The notes beneath the pieces are model-generated. The model did not search any database. It was given only the letters and a program-made list of their open reading frames with translations, and was not told the DNA's origin. This document shows, in pieces, positions 47,318 to 57,767 of a stretch of DNA of 64,000 nucleotides. The stretch comes from Candidatus Omnitrophota bacterium (lineage in GTDB: Bacteria > Omnitrophota > Gorgyraeia > B26-G9). The DNA lies in contig JAHITY010000128.1 of the NCBI GenBank assembly GCA_018817165.1, positions 5,161 through 69,160 of the forward strand, written 5' to 3'. Every line of letters begins with the position of its first letter. Position 1 is the stretch's first letter. Made by a program: the position numbers and the translations under genes.

Positions 47318-48718
47318 ATGTCTAAAAAAAACAAAAAAAAATTAATGAGCGTTACGGCTCTTTTTGTCCCGGAAATAAGAGATTTGATAAATCTTAAAAA
47401 CTTTTCCGAGGTTAAGGAGATTATATCAAAAATCCCGCCGATAGATATCGCTGAACGCTGGAATGACTTTTCCTCAAAGGAAAAGATGCTGCTTTTTAAA
47501 CTTTTAAAGACACGTTTGGCTGTAGATGTTTTTGAGTCTTTGCCGTTTGAAGAACAATCATTTCTCTTGGATAATCTAGGTAATACTGAAGTTTCCCAAG
47601 TTCTTAATGAAATGTCCCCAGATGATAGAGCTAATCTTTTTCGAGATTTACCCCCTAAAGTAATCAAGAAATTCTTTAAACTCATGAAAAAAGAAGAGGT
47701 TGAAGATGTTAGAGAATTGATGACTTATGAAGAGGGTATTGCTGGGGCAATAATGACCACTGATTATGTTGAGCTCAGAAAAGAAATCACCGCGAGAGCG
47801 GCTATTTTAAAGCTACAGGACACATTAAGTTTTGATGATGATTCGGATATTAGTTCTATATATATTACTGATGTTGAACATAAACTTCTCGGAGTAGTTG
47901 AACTTCAGGATTTAATTAAAGCTCCGCCAGATATGTTGATTAAAGATATCATGGAGAGTACTGATTTCATCAAGATCAATGAATATTCTCCTGATGATGA
48001 AGTTGCCCAACTTTTTAAGCGATATGATTTGATTGACGCTCCGGTAGTGGATGAAAATGAAGAATTAATCGGGGTAATTACGATTGATGATATTGTTGAT
48101 ATTATGGAAAAAGTAGCAACTAAAGAAATATACGAAGTTGGTAAAATGACTCCTGGCGAAGGTAAAATGATTAGTTATGCAACTTCTACGGTTAGAGAAA
48201 TTATTGGCCGACGGGCAGGTTGGTTAGTATTTTTAGTTGTGTTTGATTTTTTAACAGGGACTGTTTTGAAAACATTTCAAGATACATTAAGCAGTGTTGT
48301 TGCTTTAGTTTTTTTTATCCCAATGTTATTGGGCGCAGGAGGTAACGCAGGAACTCAAAGTTCAATCACAGTTATTCGAGCTTTAGCTACAGGAGATGTT
48401 GGATTTGATAATATTAAAACTGTTTTAAGGTTGGAACTGATGGCGGCGTTGCTTATGGGGCTTATTGTTGGGTTACTTGCTTTTGGCAGAGCAATGCTCT
48501 TGGAAAGCGATCCTATTATAGCTCTTGTTGTTGGTGCTACAATGTTCCTTATTGTTTTGTTGGCTATTTGCACCGGAGTTTCTTTGCCATTTATATCAAA
48601 AAAGATGGGCCTGGATCCTGCGGTTTTGGCCGGACCAATTACAACCAGTGTAGTTGATATTATAGGATTAATTATATATTTTAAAGTTGCCCAAACACTC
48701 CTACCGATATTGCGATAA
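47318..48718 (+). CDS. mgtE: magnesium transporter MgtE
   Basis: MgtE_N, CBS pair, GGNAGTQS, LDPAVLAGPITTSVVD. Confidence 0.95.
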   Translation: MSKKNKKKLMSVTALFVPEIRDLINLKNFSEVKEIISKIPPIDIAERWNDFSSKEKMLLFKLLKTRLAVDVFESLPFEEQSFLLDNLGNTEVSQVLNEMSPDDRANLFRDLPPKVIKKFFKLMKKEEVEDVRELMTYEEGIAGAIMTTDYVELRKEITARAAILKLQDTLSFDDDSDISSIYITDVEHKLLGVVELQDLIKAPPDMLIKDIMESTDFIKINEYSPDDEVAQLFKRYDLIDAPVVDENEELIGVITIDDIVDIMEKVATKEIYEVGKMTPGEGKMISYATSTVREIIGRRAGWLVFLVVFDFLTGTVLKTFQDTLSSVVALVFFIPMLLGAGGNAGTQSSITVIRALATGDVGFDNIKTVLRLELMAALLMGLIVGLLAFGRAMLLESDPIIALVVGATMFLIVLLAICTGVSLPFISKKMGLDPAVLAGPITTSVVDIIGLIIYFKVAQTLLPILR

Positions 48719-48784
48719 TCTCCTAAATATAGATAGTGGAAATAAAATTAAAAAGTATTGATTTTAAAATTCGCAAAGGGACTT

Positions 48785-49519
48785 ATGATGAATTTGTATG
48801 GGAAAAATCAAGTAATAGAGCGGTTAGCATCACAGCCAAATAGTATTAAAAAAATATTTTTCAATCAAAAATCTGTTTTAGCTGAACTGAAAACACTAGC
48901 GAATGAAAAAAAAATACCATACACAGTATTATCTGAAAAAGAATTTTTGATTATCTCGAAGGATGCAAACACTCAAGGGGTTATTGCCCAGGTAGATGAA
49001 TTTCATTACGAAGATTTAGATAATCTCTTAAGACGGAGTAAACAGGACAAGTATGTTTTGATTGCCTTAAGCAATATTACTGATCCTCAGAATCTTGGGT
49101 CTATTCTGCGAACGGCAGCATGTTTTGGCAATTTCGCCTTGATTATTCCAAAGCACAGAACTGCAAGTATTAACGAGACTGTTTTGAAAGTTGCTTGCGG
49201 AGGAGAAAATCATGTTCCAATTGTGCAAGTAACTAATCTTATATCGGCAATTCAAGCAGCTAAAGATGCGGGGTATTGGGTTGCCGGCAGTGTTGTTGAT
49301 AATGGAGAAGCTGTGACAACTTTTAAATTTCCATTTCCCCTGTGTTTAGTGATTGGATCTGAAGATAAGGGAATAAGACATGGCTTATTAAATCATTTAG
49401 ATTATAAGCTTACATTGCCCATGCCAGGCAAAGAACTTTCTTTAAATGCTGCTGTTGCTACAGCAGTTTTTTGTTATGAAATCATGAGACAAAGATCACT
49501 ATTGATTGAAAATAAGTAA
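48785..49519 (+). CDS. rlmB: 23S rRNA Gm2251 methyltransferase (TrmH/SPOUT)
   Basis: DPQNLGSILRTA, IGSEDKG, LSLNAAVA. Confidence 0.88.
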   Translation: MMNLYGKNQVIERLASQPNSIKKIFFNQKSVLAELKTLANEKKIPYTVLSEKEFLIISKDANTQGVIAQVDEFHYEDLDNLLRRSKQDKYVLIALSNITDPQNLGSILRTAACFGNFALIIPKHRTASINETVLKVACGGENHVPIVQVTNLISAIQAAKDAGYWVAGSVVDNGEAVTTFKFPFPLCLVIGSEDKGIRHGLLNHLDYKLTLPMPGKELSLNAAVATAVFCYEIMRQRSLLIENK

Positions 49520-49585
49520 ATATATTATTATTGGTTTTATGATATAATAATTAAAAGTAAATAACCAGGTACAATATAAAATTTT

Positions 49586-49981
49586 ATGAAGAAAATAGGT
49601 AGTAAAAAATTTTTTAGAAACGCGATTATTTTATATCTACCTTTAGTGCTTACAGTTACTGCCTTTGCAAATGGGGCGGATATTGAAAAAAATACTCCGC
49701 CTTCTAAAGCTTATATTTCATCAACTTGGCAGATTACTATGAATAAGCCAGAGGAAAAAGATGATAAATATCCTGAAAAGAGAAAAATCACCCCAGAAAC
49801 GTTAAGAGTTGCTCTGGACGAATATTATGTTCCTCAGATTTCTGAATTGTTAGGGAAAGGTGTTGATTGTTTTGAATGGGTCAATCATTTAGATGACCCA
49901 TATCTTAATCGTTACAAACTTGATTTAAGAGTTGATCCAGATGATGATAGAGTTAATTTGTTTTGGAAAAGGCAGTTTTAG
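49586..49981 (+). CDS. hypothetical exported protein
   Basis: Signal peptide ending AFA; C-terminal strand ending in F. Confidence 0.6.
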   Translation: MKKIGSKKFFRNAIILYLPLVLTVTAFANGADIEKNTPPSKAYISSTWQITMNKPEEKDDKYPEKRKITPETLRVALDEYYVPQISELLGKGVDCFEWVNHLDDPYLNRYKLDLRVDPDDDRVNLFWKRQF

Positions 49982-50226
49982 AAATAAATTTTTAAATTTG
50001 TCGCAAAGTATTTCTATTTTCTTGACGTTAGTTTTAAATAATGCTATACTTTACATAACTTTTTTGTATAATAATTTAAAGTAATTTAGGGGTGTTATTA
50101 CTAGTTTAGATGCGATTAGCTTGAAATAATAAAACACGATCAGAGGTTTAATGGAAGAATCATTTAAAATCTCTATAATGTATATAAACACTAGTTTATA
50201 GATTGTAGACTCATCAGGGAGGGAAA

Positions 50227-50604
50227 ATGATGAAAAAAATTCTTGGGTATTGTTTTGTGCTCTCTTTATTTTTAACTTTTGGTCACTGTTCAGAAGTGCT
50301 AGCTGAAAATGCGATAAGTTCAATGGCTTCGGCAGGAATGGCGTCTAAAGCTCAGAGCGTTTTCGGAGTAGTTGGTAATGTGGAATATACTGAATTTAAG
50401 GCTCGCGGAGAATCAGCGATTGTTATTAAGGATAAAAAGGGTGAATCTGTTGAGGTCTCACTTAAGCAGATAGAACCTGGATCAATAATTTTAGCAACTT
50501 ATCGCAAGGAAAAGGATAAAAAAGGTAAAGAAATTAATGTGCTTATATCTTTAAGCATAGTAAAACCTGCACAAAACACAAAAACTGCTGAACGGAAAAA
50601 ATAG
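50227..50604 (+). CDS. hypothetical exported protein
   Basis: RBS gggaggg, signal peptide. Confidence 0.65.
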   Translation: MMKKILGYCFVLSLFLTFGHCSEVLAENAISSMASAGMASKAQSVFGVVGNVEYTEFKARGESAIVIKDKKGESVEVSLKQIEPGSIILATYRKEKDKKGKEINVLISLSIVKPAQNTKTAERKK

Positions 50605-50631
50605 TTTATTTTAAGCTTAAATTAAAGCACT

Positions 50632-50667
50632 AAAGTGTAGAGAATTATATGTTTTCTCTACACTTTT
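50632..50667 (+). terminator. intrinsic terminator
   Basis: aaagtgtagagaa...ttctctacactttt. Confidence 0.65.
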
Positions 50668-50687
50668 AATATTGATATAGTTTTATT

Positions 50688-50766
50688 CGGGGCATGGCTC
50701 AGCTTGGCTTAGAGCGCCTGGTTTGGGACCAGGATGTCGGTGGTTCGAATCCACCTGCCCCGACCA
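50688..50766 (+). tRNA. tRNA-Pro(TGG)
   Basis: Acceptor cggggca/tgccccg, anticodon arm cctgg-tt-TGG-ga-ccagg, GTTCGAATC, encoded CCA. Confidence 0.96.
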
Positions 50767-50851
50767 AAAAATAGTTGTAGAGTTTGGGGAGCAGGACATT
50801 AAAGTATTTTGCTTAGAGCTTATAACTTTGATGTCCTTAGTTTCTAAAAAT

Positions 50852-50928
<77 letters not shown>

Positions 50929-50988
50929 ATTTAACAGGCTTAACCATCCTTCTCTATAATTTATTTTTGGATTAAAATTAATTTATGT

Positions 50989-51066
50989 GGTGGATGTAGC
51001 TCAGTTGGTTAGAGCTCATGATTGTGGTTCATGAGGCCGGGGGTTCGAGTCCCCTCATCCACCCCA
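50989..51066 (+). tRNA. tRNA-His(GTG)
   Basis: G-1 plus gtggatg/catccac, catga-tt-GTG-gt-tcatg, C discriminator, CCA. Confidence 0.96.
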
Positions 51067-51196
51067 TTGAATCATGGGGTTTATATTTAGACTTTGGGTT
51101 GTAAGGATTGTTTAAAGAGATAATTTTTATGCTTGACTCTATAAATATAATCTTGCTAAAATGATTTAAATGTAACAATCAGAAAGATAGGTTAAA

Positions 51197-52276
51197 ATGC
51201 TAAAAAAATTAAATCCCCTTATGCTCGGAGATCTAAAAGTTAACGTACCGATAGTTCAAGGGGGAATGGGAGTTGCTGTTTCAACCGCTTCTTTAGCAAG
51301 TGCAGTTGCCACTTATGGTGGAGCAGGAACAATAGCCAGTGTAGGGTTGGGGTATAATTCAATAGAAAACGAAACTAATTTTGTTAAAGCTTCCCGTGAA
51401 GGTTTGGAGAAAGAAATTCGCCAGGCTAAAAAAATGACTACAGGAGTAGTGGGAGTTAATATACTTGTTGCAGTTACTAACTACGAGGACTTAGCGAGAA
51501 CAGCAGCAAAAGAAAAAGCCGATTTTATAGTTTCCGGTGCTGGGTTGCCGATTAAATTGCCCGAGTTTGTTGAAGGAACATCGATTAAGATTATTCCAAT
51601 CATTTCTTCTCCAAGAGCGGCGGCATTAATTATAAAAACCTGGAAGAAAAGATATAATCGCTTGCCTGACGCAATTGTCGTTGAAGGTCCCATGGCTGGA
51701 GGACATCTTGGCTTTAGTTTCGAAGAGCTTATTTCACCCAAGGAACATGTATTAGAATCAATGGTCAGTGAAGTTTTGAAAATAGTAGCTGAATTTGAAA
51801 AAGAGTACAAGCAGAAGATTCCAGTTATCGCTGCTGGGGGAATATATACTGGTGAGGATGCGGCTAGATTTTTTAAATTGGGAGTTAGCGCGATACAAAT
51901 GGCTACTCGGTTTGTCGCAACAGAAGAATGTTCGGTTTCTGATGAATTTAAGAAATTATATATCGAATCCACTGAAGCTGATATCGAGATTATTAAAAGT
52001 CCGGTGGGCATGCCGGGAAGATCACTTAGGACGGCATTGATTGAAAGAGTTGTTGGTGGTAAAAAAGAATCGGTCAAATGCGGATATAGGTGTTTAAAAA
52101 CTTGTGATCCGTCAACAGTACCTTATTGTATCGCTAAGGCATTATTCAATGCGGTTATTGGGAAAATCGACGATGCTGTTGTCTTTGCTGGTAGTAATGT
52201 ACATAGAATTAAAAAAATAATTACAGTAAAAGAGCTCATGGATGAGATTGTAAATGATGCTCTTGCTGCCCTTTAA
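51197..52276 (+). CDS. nitronate monooxygenase/FabK-family flavoprotein (FabX/UfaA-like, C-terminal Cys cluster)
   Basis: PIVQGGMG, SGAGLP, EGPMAGGHLG, IAAGGI, SPVGMPGR, CGYRCLKTC...YCI. Confidence 0.85.
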   Translation: MLKKLNPLMLGDLKVNVPIVQGGMGVAVSTASLASAVATYGGAGTIASVGLGYNSIENETNFVKASREGLEKEIRQAKKMTTGVVGVNILVAVTNYEDLARTAAKEKADFIVSGAGLPIKLPEFVEGTSIKIIPIISSPRAAALIIKTWKKRYNRLPDAIVVEGPMAGGHLGFSFEELISPKEHVLESMVSEVLKIVAEFEKEYKQKIPVIAAGGIYTGEDAARFFKLGVSAIQMATRFVATEECSVSDEFKKLYIESTEADIEIIKSPVGMPGRSLRTALIERVVGGKKESVKCGYRCLKTCDPSTVPYCIAKALFNAVIGKIDDAVVFAGSNVHRIKKIITVKELMDEIVNDALAAL

Positions 52277-52416
52277 GTTAAAACATTTTAGAATATGTTA
52301 ATGGAATCATCTCCGATACGCCTCTTGTAAATCACCCAATTTATGGTATACTTAAACGTCCTAAATAATACTTGTCTGGGATTTTTTAATCCGAGTGAAA
52401 AAAGAAAAGGCGCCTG

Positions 52417-52800
52417 ATGGTAGATGAGAGAAGAAAACATATGCGTTTTAATACCGATATTAATGGTGAATTTCAGGTTAGGAATAATGATATTCAGGGA
52501 GTTTTAAGTACGGATAATTTTAGCAGAGGCGGATTTAAAGCTACTATAAATAAAAAAGTAGATTTAGGCCAAACGCTTGAATGTGAAATGATATTTCCAG
52601 ACACAATTATGCCGTTTTTTTCAGCTGGAAAAGTTGTCTGGGTAAAAGAGAACAATACTAATTCAAAACGCGAATATGATATAGGTATTCATTTAGATCA
52701 AATTGATCCTGTTGAAAAACAATGTCTTATAGATTATTGCTATAAAAAATGGAATGATTCAAGACAGGATAATAAGACAGAATTTGAATTGGATTTATAA
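52417..52800 (+). CDS. PilZ domain protein
   Basis: ERRKHMR (RxxxR), NFSRGG, GKVVW. Confidence 0.85.
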   Translation: MVDERRKHMRFNTDINGEFQVRNNDIQGVLSTDNFSRGGFKATINKKVDLGQTLECEMIFPDTIMPFFSAGKVVWVKENNTNSKREYDIGIHLDQIDPVEKQCLIDYCYKKWNDSRQDNKTEFELDL

Positions 52801-53045
52801 TTTTCATTACAATTGATTTAAAAGATCATGTTTTATTCCTGCATACGGTTTTATGCGAAATTAAATCCTTCAAATAAATAATAGAGGAATTCGGCTGATT
52901 CCCAAATAATGTTTTATTTTTAATTTAATATTTTGTGTGGTTTCAAATTAAGCTATCAATCACGGTTGACTCTTGAATATATCTACTGAGGTAGCGGATT
53001 GCAACTAAAGCTGTAAATCAGTAGGATATCCAGGGAAAAGTCTTT

Positions 53046-53077
53046 AATAACGTTTAATTAAAACGTTATTTTTTTTT
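53046..53077 (+). terminator. intrinsic terminator after a candidate ncRNA
   Basis: aataacgttt-aatta-aaacgttatt followed by a T run. Confidence 0.6.
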
Positions 53078-53410
53078 GCGCAGAGGAGCTTGTGTCTATC
53101 CCAATTAGAAGCTAAACCTTCTTTTATCAGCAGTGGTTCTTAATTTGTTCGGGCTGTAATTATAATTATAGAGCTATTTTTAAACCCTTTAGAATTTATA
53201 AGTTAGTTATAATGTAATAAGTTTTTAAATTTTGAATGCAAGATAGTATGTTTTTGTTTTTGAAAAGTGAAGTTGTTTTTTTTAAGAAGATGGTATAATA
53301 TGAAAGAATCATATATGTAATGAATATATTTATTTGCTGGAATGGCTATAGGTTAGGTGACTTTATATTTGATTGAAAGAAGTTGCTTTATTTTACAAGG
53401 AGGAGTTAAG

Positions 53411-55834
53411 GTGAATCGTTATTTATGTGTGCATGGGCATTTTTATCAGCCGCCCAGAGAAAATCCTTGGTTAGCGGAAATAGAAATTCAGGATTCAGCT
53501 TATCCTTACCATGATTGGAATGAAAGAATAACAATTGAATGCTATGCGCCTAATGGGGCTTCAAGGATCTTAGCTAAGGAAGATAAGATCCTTAATATTG
53601 TTAATAATTACGCAAAGATAAGTTTTAATTTTGGGCCAACGCTTCTTTCTTGGATGGAAAAAAATAGGCCTGATAATTACCAGTCTATTTTAACTGCAGA
53701 TACACAGAGTAAAGAAAACTTTGGCGGCCATGGAGCAGCAATTGCTCAGGTATATAATCATATGATAATGCCGCTAGCCAACAGCCGTGATAAACTTACT
53801 CAAATATTATGGGGAATAAAAGATTTTGTTCATAGATTTGACCGTTTTCCTGAAGGCATGTGGTTAGCTGAAACAGCAGTTGATTTTGAAAGCCTCGATA
53901 TCATGGCACAGCAAGGAATTAAATTCACTATACTTTCCCCTTATCAGGCTCGCAGCTTTAGAAAAATGGGAACAGAATATTGGCAGGACGCCACTGGCGG
54001 AAAGATTGATCCGAAAAAAGCCTATCTTTGTAAACTGTCAACTGGTAGAGAAATCAGTATTTTTTTCTATGATGGGCCTGTTTCGCAGGAAACGGCTTTT
54101 GGTGATTTATTGAAAAGCGGAGTAAAATTCGCAAACAGATTAGTCGGGACTTTCGCCTCAGACGGCGATTCCCCGCAGCTTGTGCATATTGCGACCGATG
54201 GGGAAACCTATGGGCATCATCATAATTATGGTGAAATGGCTTTGGCTTACGGCTATTCTCATATAATTGACAATAACCTTGCGAAAATAACCATATATGG
54301 TCAATATTTAGAGAAATTTCCTCCGAAAGATGAGGTTCAAATCATTGAAGGTTCTTCGTGGAGCTGCTTTCATGGAGTGCAGAGGTGGCATTCTGATTGT
54401 GGTTGCAATGTAAATACAAACTCTGCTTGGAACCAGAAATGGCGGACTCCTTTGCGCCAGGCAATGGATTGGCTGCGGGATAATCTGATAAAAATATATG
54501 AAAAGGAAATGTCAAAATATACATCAGATTGCTGGAAAGCGCGCAATGCATACATATCTGTACTGCTTAACCGTACCTCGGAAAATATAACAAGTTTTAT
54601 CGCGGACAATTTCAATAAGGATTTAGCGGAAGAAGAAAAAAATAATTTATTAAAAATGCTGGAAATGCAGCATCATGCAATGCTGATGTATACTAGCTGT
54701 GGTTGGTTTTTTGATGACTTATCAGGCATAGAAACTATCCAGGTAATTCAATACGCTTGTCGGGCGATTCAACTGGCAAAAGAAGTTAGCGGTCTTGATT
54801 TAGAACAGGGATATCTGGAAATATTAAAAGAAGCAAAGAGCAATATAGTTGAATATGAAGACGGGTTAAGAATATACAATAAAATAATCAAGCCTACTTG
54901 TTTGGATCTAAAAAGAGTTGCCGCCCATTACGCGGTTTCTTCAATCTTTCATGACTATGAAAGCGAAGATAAAGTTTATTCTTATGAAGTTAAAAGCCTT
55001 GAACACGAAAAAACGCGAGGCGGCAAACAGCAACTGGTTATGGGCGCAGTAAAAATTATTTCTCAAGTAACTCTTGAACAAGATGAATTCAGCTATGCCA
55101 TATTGCATTTAGGCGATCATATTATTTTTGGCGGAATCACTGAAGCGCTAAACACGAATATTTTTTCAGAGATGCGTAATGATATAAGTCTGGCTTTTGA
55201 AAAAAGCGATGTTCCGAAAATAATTACATTACTTGATCAATATTTCGGAAATCATGATTGCTCAATAGCAAGCCTGTTTAAAGACGACCGGAGACAGGTT
55301 ATGAATAAAATATTAGGGACTGCGCTTAATGAAATAGAAACATCGTTTAGACATATAAAAGAAGATAATTATTCGATTATGATGGCAATGAAAGAAAACG
55401 GCATGCCTATGCCAAATGTTTTCTTAAACACATTTGGATTTATTTTTAATACAGACATTAGAAAAATTTTAGAAGCTGAGCATGTAGAAATAAAAAGCCT
55501 TATTGAAACAGTAAAACAAGTAAAGCTCTGGGGTCTTAAGATCGATAAACAGACAATTGGTTTTATAGCCAGTAAGCGGATAACCAAATTGATGGAAGAA
55601 TTCAAGGTGAATCCTAAGGATATTATGTTGATGAAAACAATTGAAAATATTTTCAAGGTTCTTAGACCTTTGGATCTGCCCTTGCGCGTATGGGAAGCTC
55701 AGAATATATATTTTTCTATAAGAAAAGAACAGTTTGACCGGATGAACGCAAAATCAAAACAAGACGATAAAGAAGCAACAAGATGGTGTGCGAACTTCAA
55801 TGCTTTAGGGAATATGCTTTCAATCAGAGGTTAA
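53411..55834 (+). CDS. glycoside hydrolase family 57 / DUF3536 protein
   Basis: HGHFYQPPRENPW, GMWLAET, ATDGETYGHH, YTSCGWFFD; GTG start after aggagg. Confidence 0.9.
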   Translation: MNRYLCVHGHFYQPPRENPWLAEIEIQDSAYPYHDWNERITIECYAPNGASRILAKEDKILNIVNNYAKISFNFGPTLLSWMEKNRPDNYQSILTADTQSKENFGGHGAAIAQVYNHMIMPLANSRDKLTQILWGIKDFVHRFDRFPEGMWLAETAVDFESLDIMAQQGIKFTILSPYQARSFRKMGTEYWQDATGGKIDPKKAYLCKLSTGREISIFFYDGPVSQETAFGDLLKSGVKFANRLVGTFASDGDSPQLVHIATDGETYGHHHNYGEMALAYGYSHIIDNNLAKITIYGQYLEKFPPKDEVQIIEGSSWSCFHGVQRWHSDCGCNVNTNSAWNQKWRTPLRQAMDWLRDNLIKIYEKEMSKYTSDCWKARNAYISVLLNRTSENITSFIADNFNKDLAEEEKNNLLKMLEMQHHAMLMYTSCGWFFDDLSGIETIQVIQYACRAIQLAKEVSGLDLEQGYLEILKEAKSNIVEYEDGLRIYNKIIKPTCLDLKRVAAHYAVSSIFHDYESEDKVYSYEVKSLEHEKTRGGKQQLVMGAVKIISQVTLEQDEFSYAILHLGDHIIFGGITEALNTNIFSEMRNDISLAFEKSDVPKIITLLDQYFGNHDCSIASLFKDDRRQVMNKILGTALNEIETSFRHIKEDNYSIMMAMKENGMPMPNVFLNTFGFIFNTDIRKILEAEHVEIKSLIETVKQVKLWGLKIDKQTIGFIASKRITKLMEEFKVNPKDIMLMKTIENIFKVLRPLDLPLRVWEAQNIYFSIRKEQFDRMNAKSKQDDKEATRWCANFNALGNMLSIRG

Positions 55835-55869
55835 ATAATATTTGAATAACTAAAATTTCAGGGGGAGTA

Positions 55870-57363
55870 ATGCTTAAAAGGGGAAGTGGATTATTATTGC
55901 ATATTAGTTGTTTAAGCTCAAAGTTTGGAATTGGTGATATCGGTCCTAAAGCATTTGAGTTTATTGATTACTTAGAAAAAACAAAACAAAGTTATTGGCA
56001 AATCTTACCGCTTAATCCTACAGATCTAATCAGTGGAAACTCTCCGTATAGCAGTGCGTCTGCATTTGCGTCAAACTCATTATTGATAAGTCCCGAGTTT
56101 ATGTTTAATGAGGGATTAATTAAAGAAAAAGATTTAGAAGTTTTTGCGGGAATTGCTCAAGATAAGGTTGATTATCAGGCTGTTACTAATGCTAAATCAA
56201 GAATTTTCGCAAAAGCTTTTGAGCGATTTAAGGTGATTGGGCTTGATGATAATTTTAAAAATTTCTGCAAAGATAATGCTGTTTGGCTGAATGACTTTGC
56301 TGATTTCATGGTTTTTAAATCCCATTTTGAGCAAAAATGTTGGTGTGAATGGCCAATTGAAATCAGAGACCGCAATCAGCAAGCCATGCAGGAATTAAGA
56401 GAAAGCAAGGCAGACGGCATATTAAAAGAAAAATTTCTTCAGTTTCTGTTTTATAAACAATGGAACAATTTAAAAAAATATGCTAAACAAAAAAATGTGC
56501 GAATAATCGGCGACATTCCAATCTATGTGACCTACGACAGTGTGGATGTTTGGACAAATTCGGAAATTTTCAAACTTAATCAGGATAAAAAACTTGAGTT
56601 TTTGGCAGGAGTCCCGCCAGATTATTTTAGTAAAACCGGACAATTATGGGGTAATCCGGTGTATGATTGGGATAAATTAAAAGAACTGGATTATGCTTGG
56701 TGGATGCAAAGAATTGAGCATAATCTTAAACTTTTCGATTTGATCAGAATTGATCATTTTCGGGGGTTTGTTGATTTCTGGCAGGTGCCTGCAGGCGAGG
56801 AAACAGCAATAAATGGTTGTTGGGTTAATGCTCCGGCAAGGGACTTTTTCAGCAAGCTAATAAATAAATTTCCGAACCTACCGATCTTAGCTGAAGACCT
56901 GGGAATCATAACCGACGAAGTTAGAAATACAATGAAAGACTTTTCTTTTGCGGGAATGAAGATACTTTTATTTGCTTTTTATGAAGATTTAATAAAACAT
57001 CCTTATTTGCCGCATAACTATATTGAAAATTGCGTAGCATATACAGGAACTCATGATAATAATACATTAAGAGGATGGTTTGAGCACGAACTGTCATCTG
57101 AAGACAGAAAAAGACTGTTTGAATATCTAAAGGTAGAGGTTTCTGTTGAGGACTTAAATTGGGTTTTAATCAAGCTTTTAATGGATTCTATGGCAAATCT
57201 GGTAATCATCCCGGTTCAGGATATATTAAATCTGGGGCAAGAACACAGAATGAATGTTCCTGGTATTGCGCATAATAATTGGCAATGGAGGATAAATTGT
57301 GAATATATTGGGGATAATATTGATGAAAATCTATTTGAGCTAACTGTAAAATCAGGCAGATAA
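55870..57363 (+). CDS. malQ: 4-alpha-glucanotransferase
   Basis: WQILPL, GVPPDYFS.TGQLWGNP, RIDHFRG, AEDLG, YTGTHDN. Confidence 0.96.
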   Translation: MLKRGSGLLLHISCLSSKFGIGDIGPKAFEFIDYLEKTKQSYWQILPLNPTDLISGNSPYSSASAFASNSLLISPEFMFNEGLIKEKDLEVFAGIAQDKVDYQAVTNAKSRIFAKAFERFKVIGLDDNFKNFCKDNAVWLNDFADFMVFKSHFEQKCWCEWPIEIRDRNQQAMQELRESKADGILKEKFLQFLFYKQWNNLKKYAKQKNVRIIGDIPIYVTYDSVDVWTNSEIFKLNQDKKLEFLAGVPPDYFSKTGQLWGNPVYDWDKLKELDYAWWMQRIEHNLKLFDLIRIDHFRGFVDFWQVPAGEETAINGCWVNAPARDFFSKLINKFPNLPILAEDLGIITDEVRNTMKDFSFAGMKILLFAFYEDLIKHPYLPHNYIENCVAYTGTHDNNTLRGWFEHELSSEDRKRLFEYLKVEVSVEDLNWVLIKLLMDSMANLVIIPVQDILNLGQEHRMNVPGIAHNNWQWRINCEYIGDNIDENLFELTVKSGR

Positions 57364-57486
57364 AAGACTTATAGTTATCAACTCTTTATAAAAAAATTCG
57401 GTTTAAAATTGCAATAATTTTATTCTTGTGGTATAATTAATAAGATTTAAAAAGATATAAATAAGATTCATTAATTAAAGGAAAAT

Positions 57487-57642
57487 ATGCGAGAGGCTAG
57501 AAAAAAAATAAATTCTGATTTTTCTAAATCTACGTTTGTGTATTGTTTTCATAAAGATACATTTTCTAAAGTTGCCTATATGGTTTTAATTTGTTATTTA
57601 TTTTTTATTTCTATTATTATGTTTGTTGATGCTATAAAATAA
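57487..57642 (+). CDS. small single-TM protein (51 aa, not in ORF track)
   Basis: TTGCAA-17-TATAAT promoter (57409-57437), RBS aaagga, MREARKKINS...VAYMVLICYLFFISIIMFVDAIK. Confidence 0.45.
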   Translation: MREARKKINSDFSKSTFVYCFHKDTFSKVAYMVLICYLFFISIIMFVDAIK

Positions 57643-57767
57643 AAAATCTTTTCCTCAGATCATCCTCGGGTTTATATTCAATTCAGTCTGCCAGCAAGAA
57701 AACTATAATAATATATTAGTCAAAGTTTTGCTGGACATAGACAGTCAGTGTACTATAATACCTCTTT

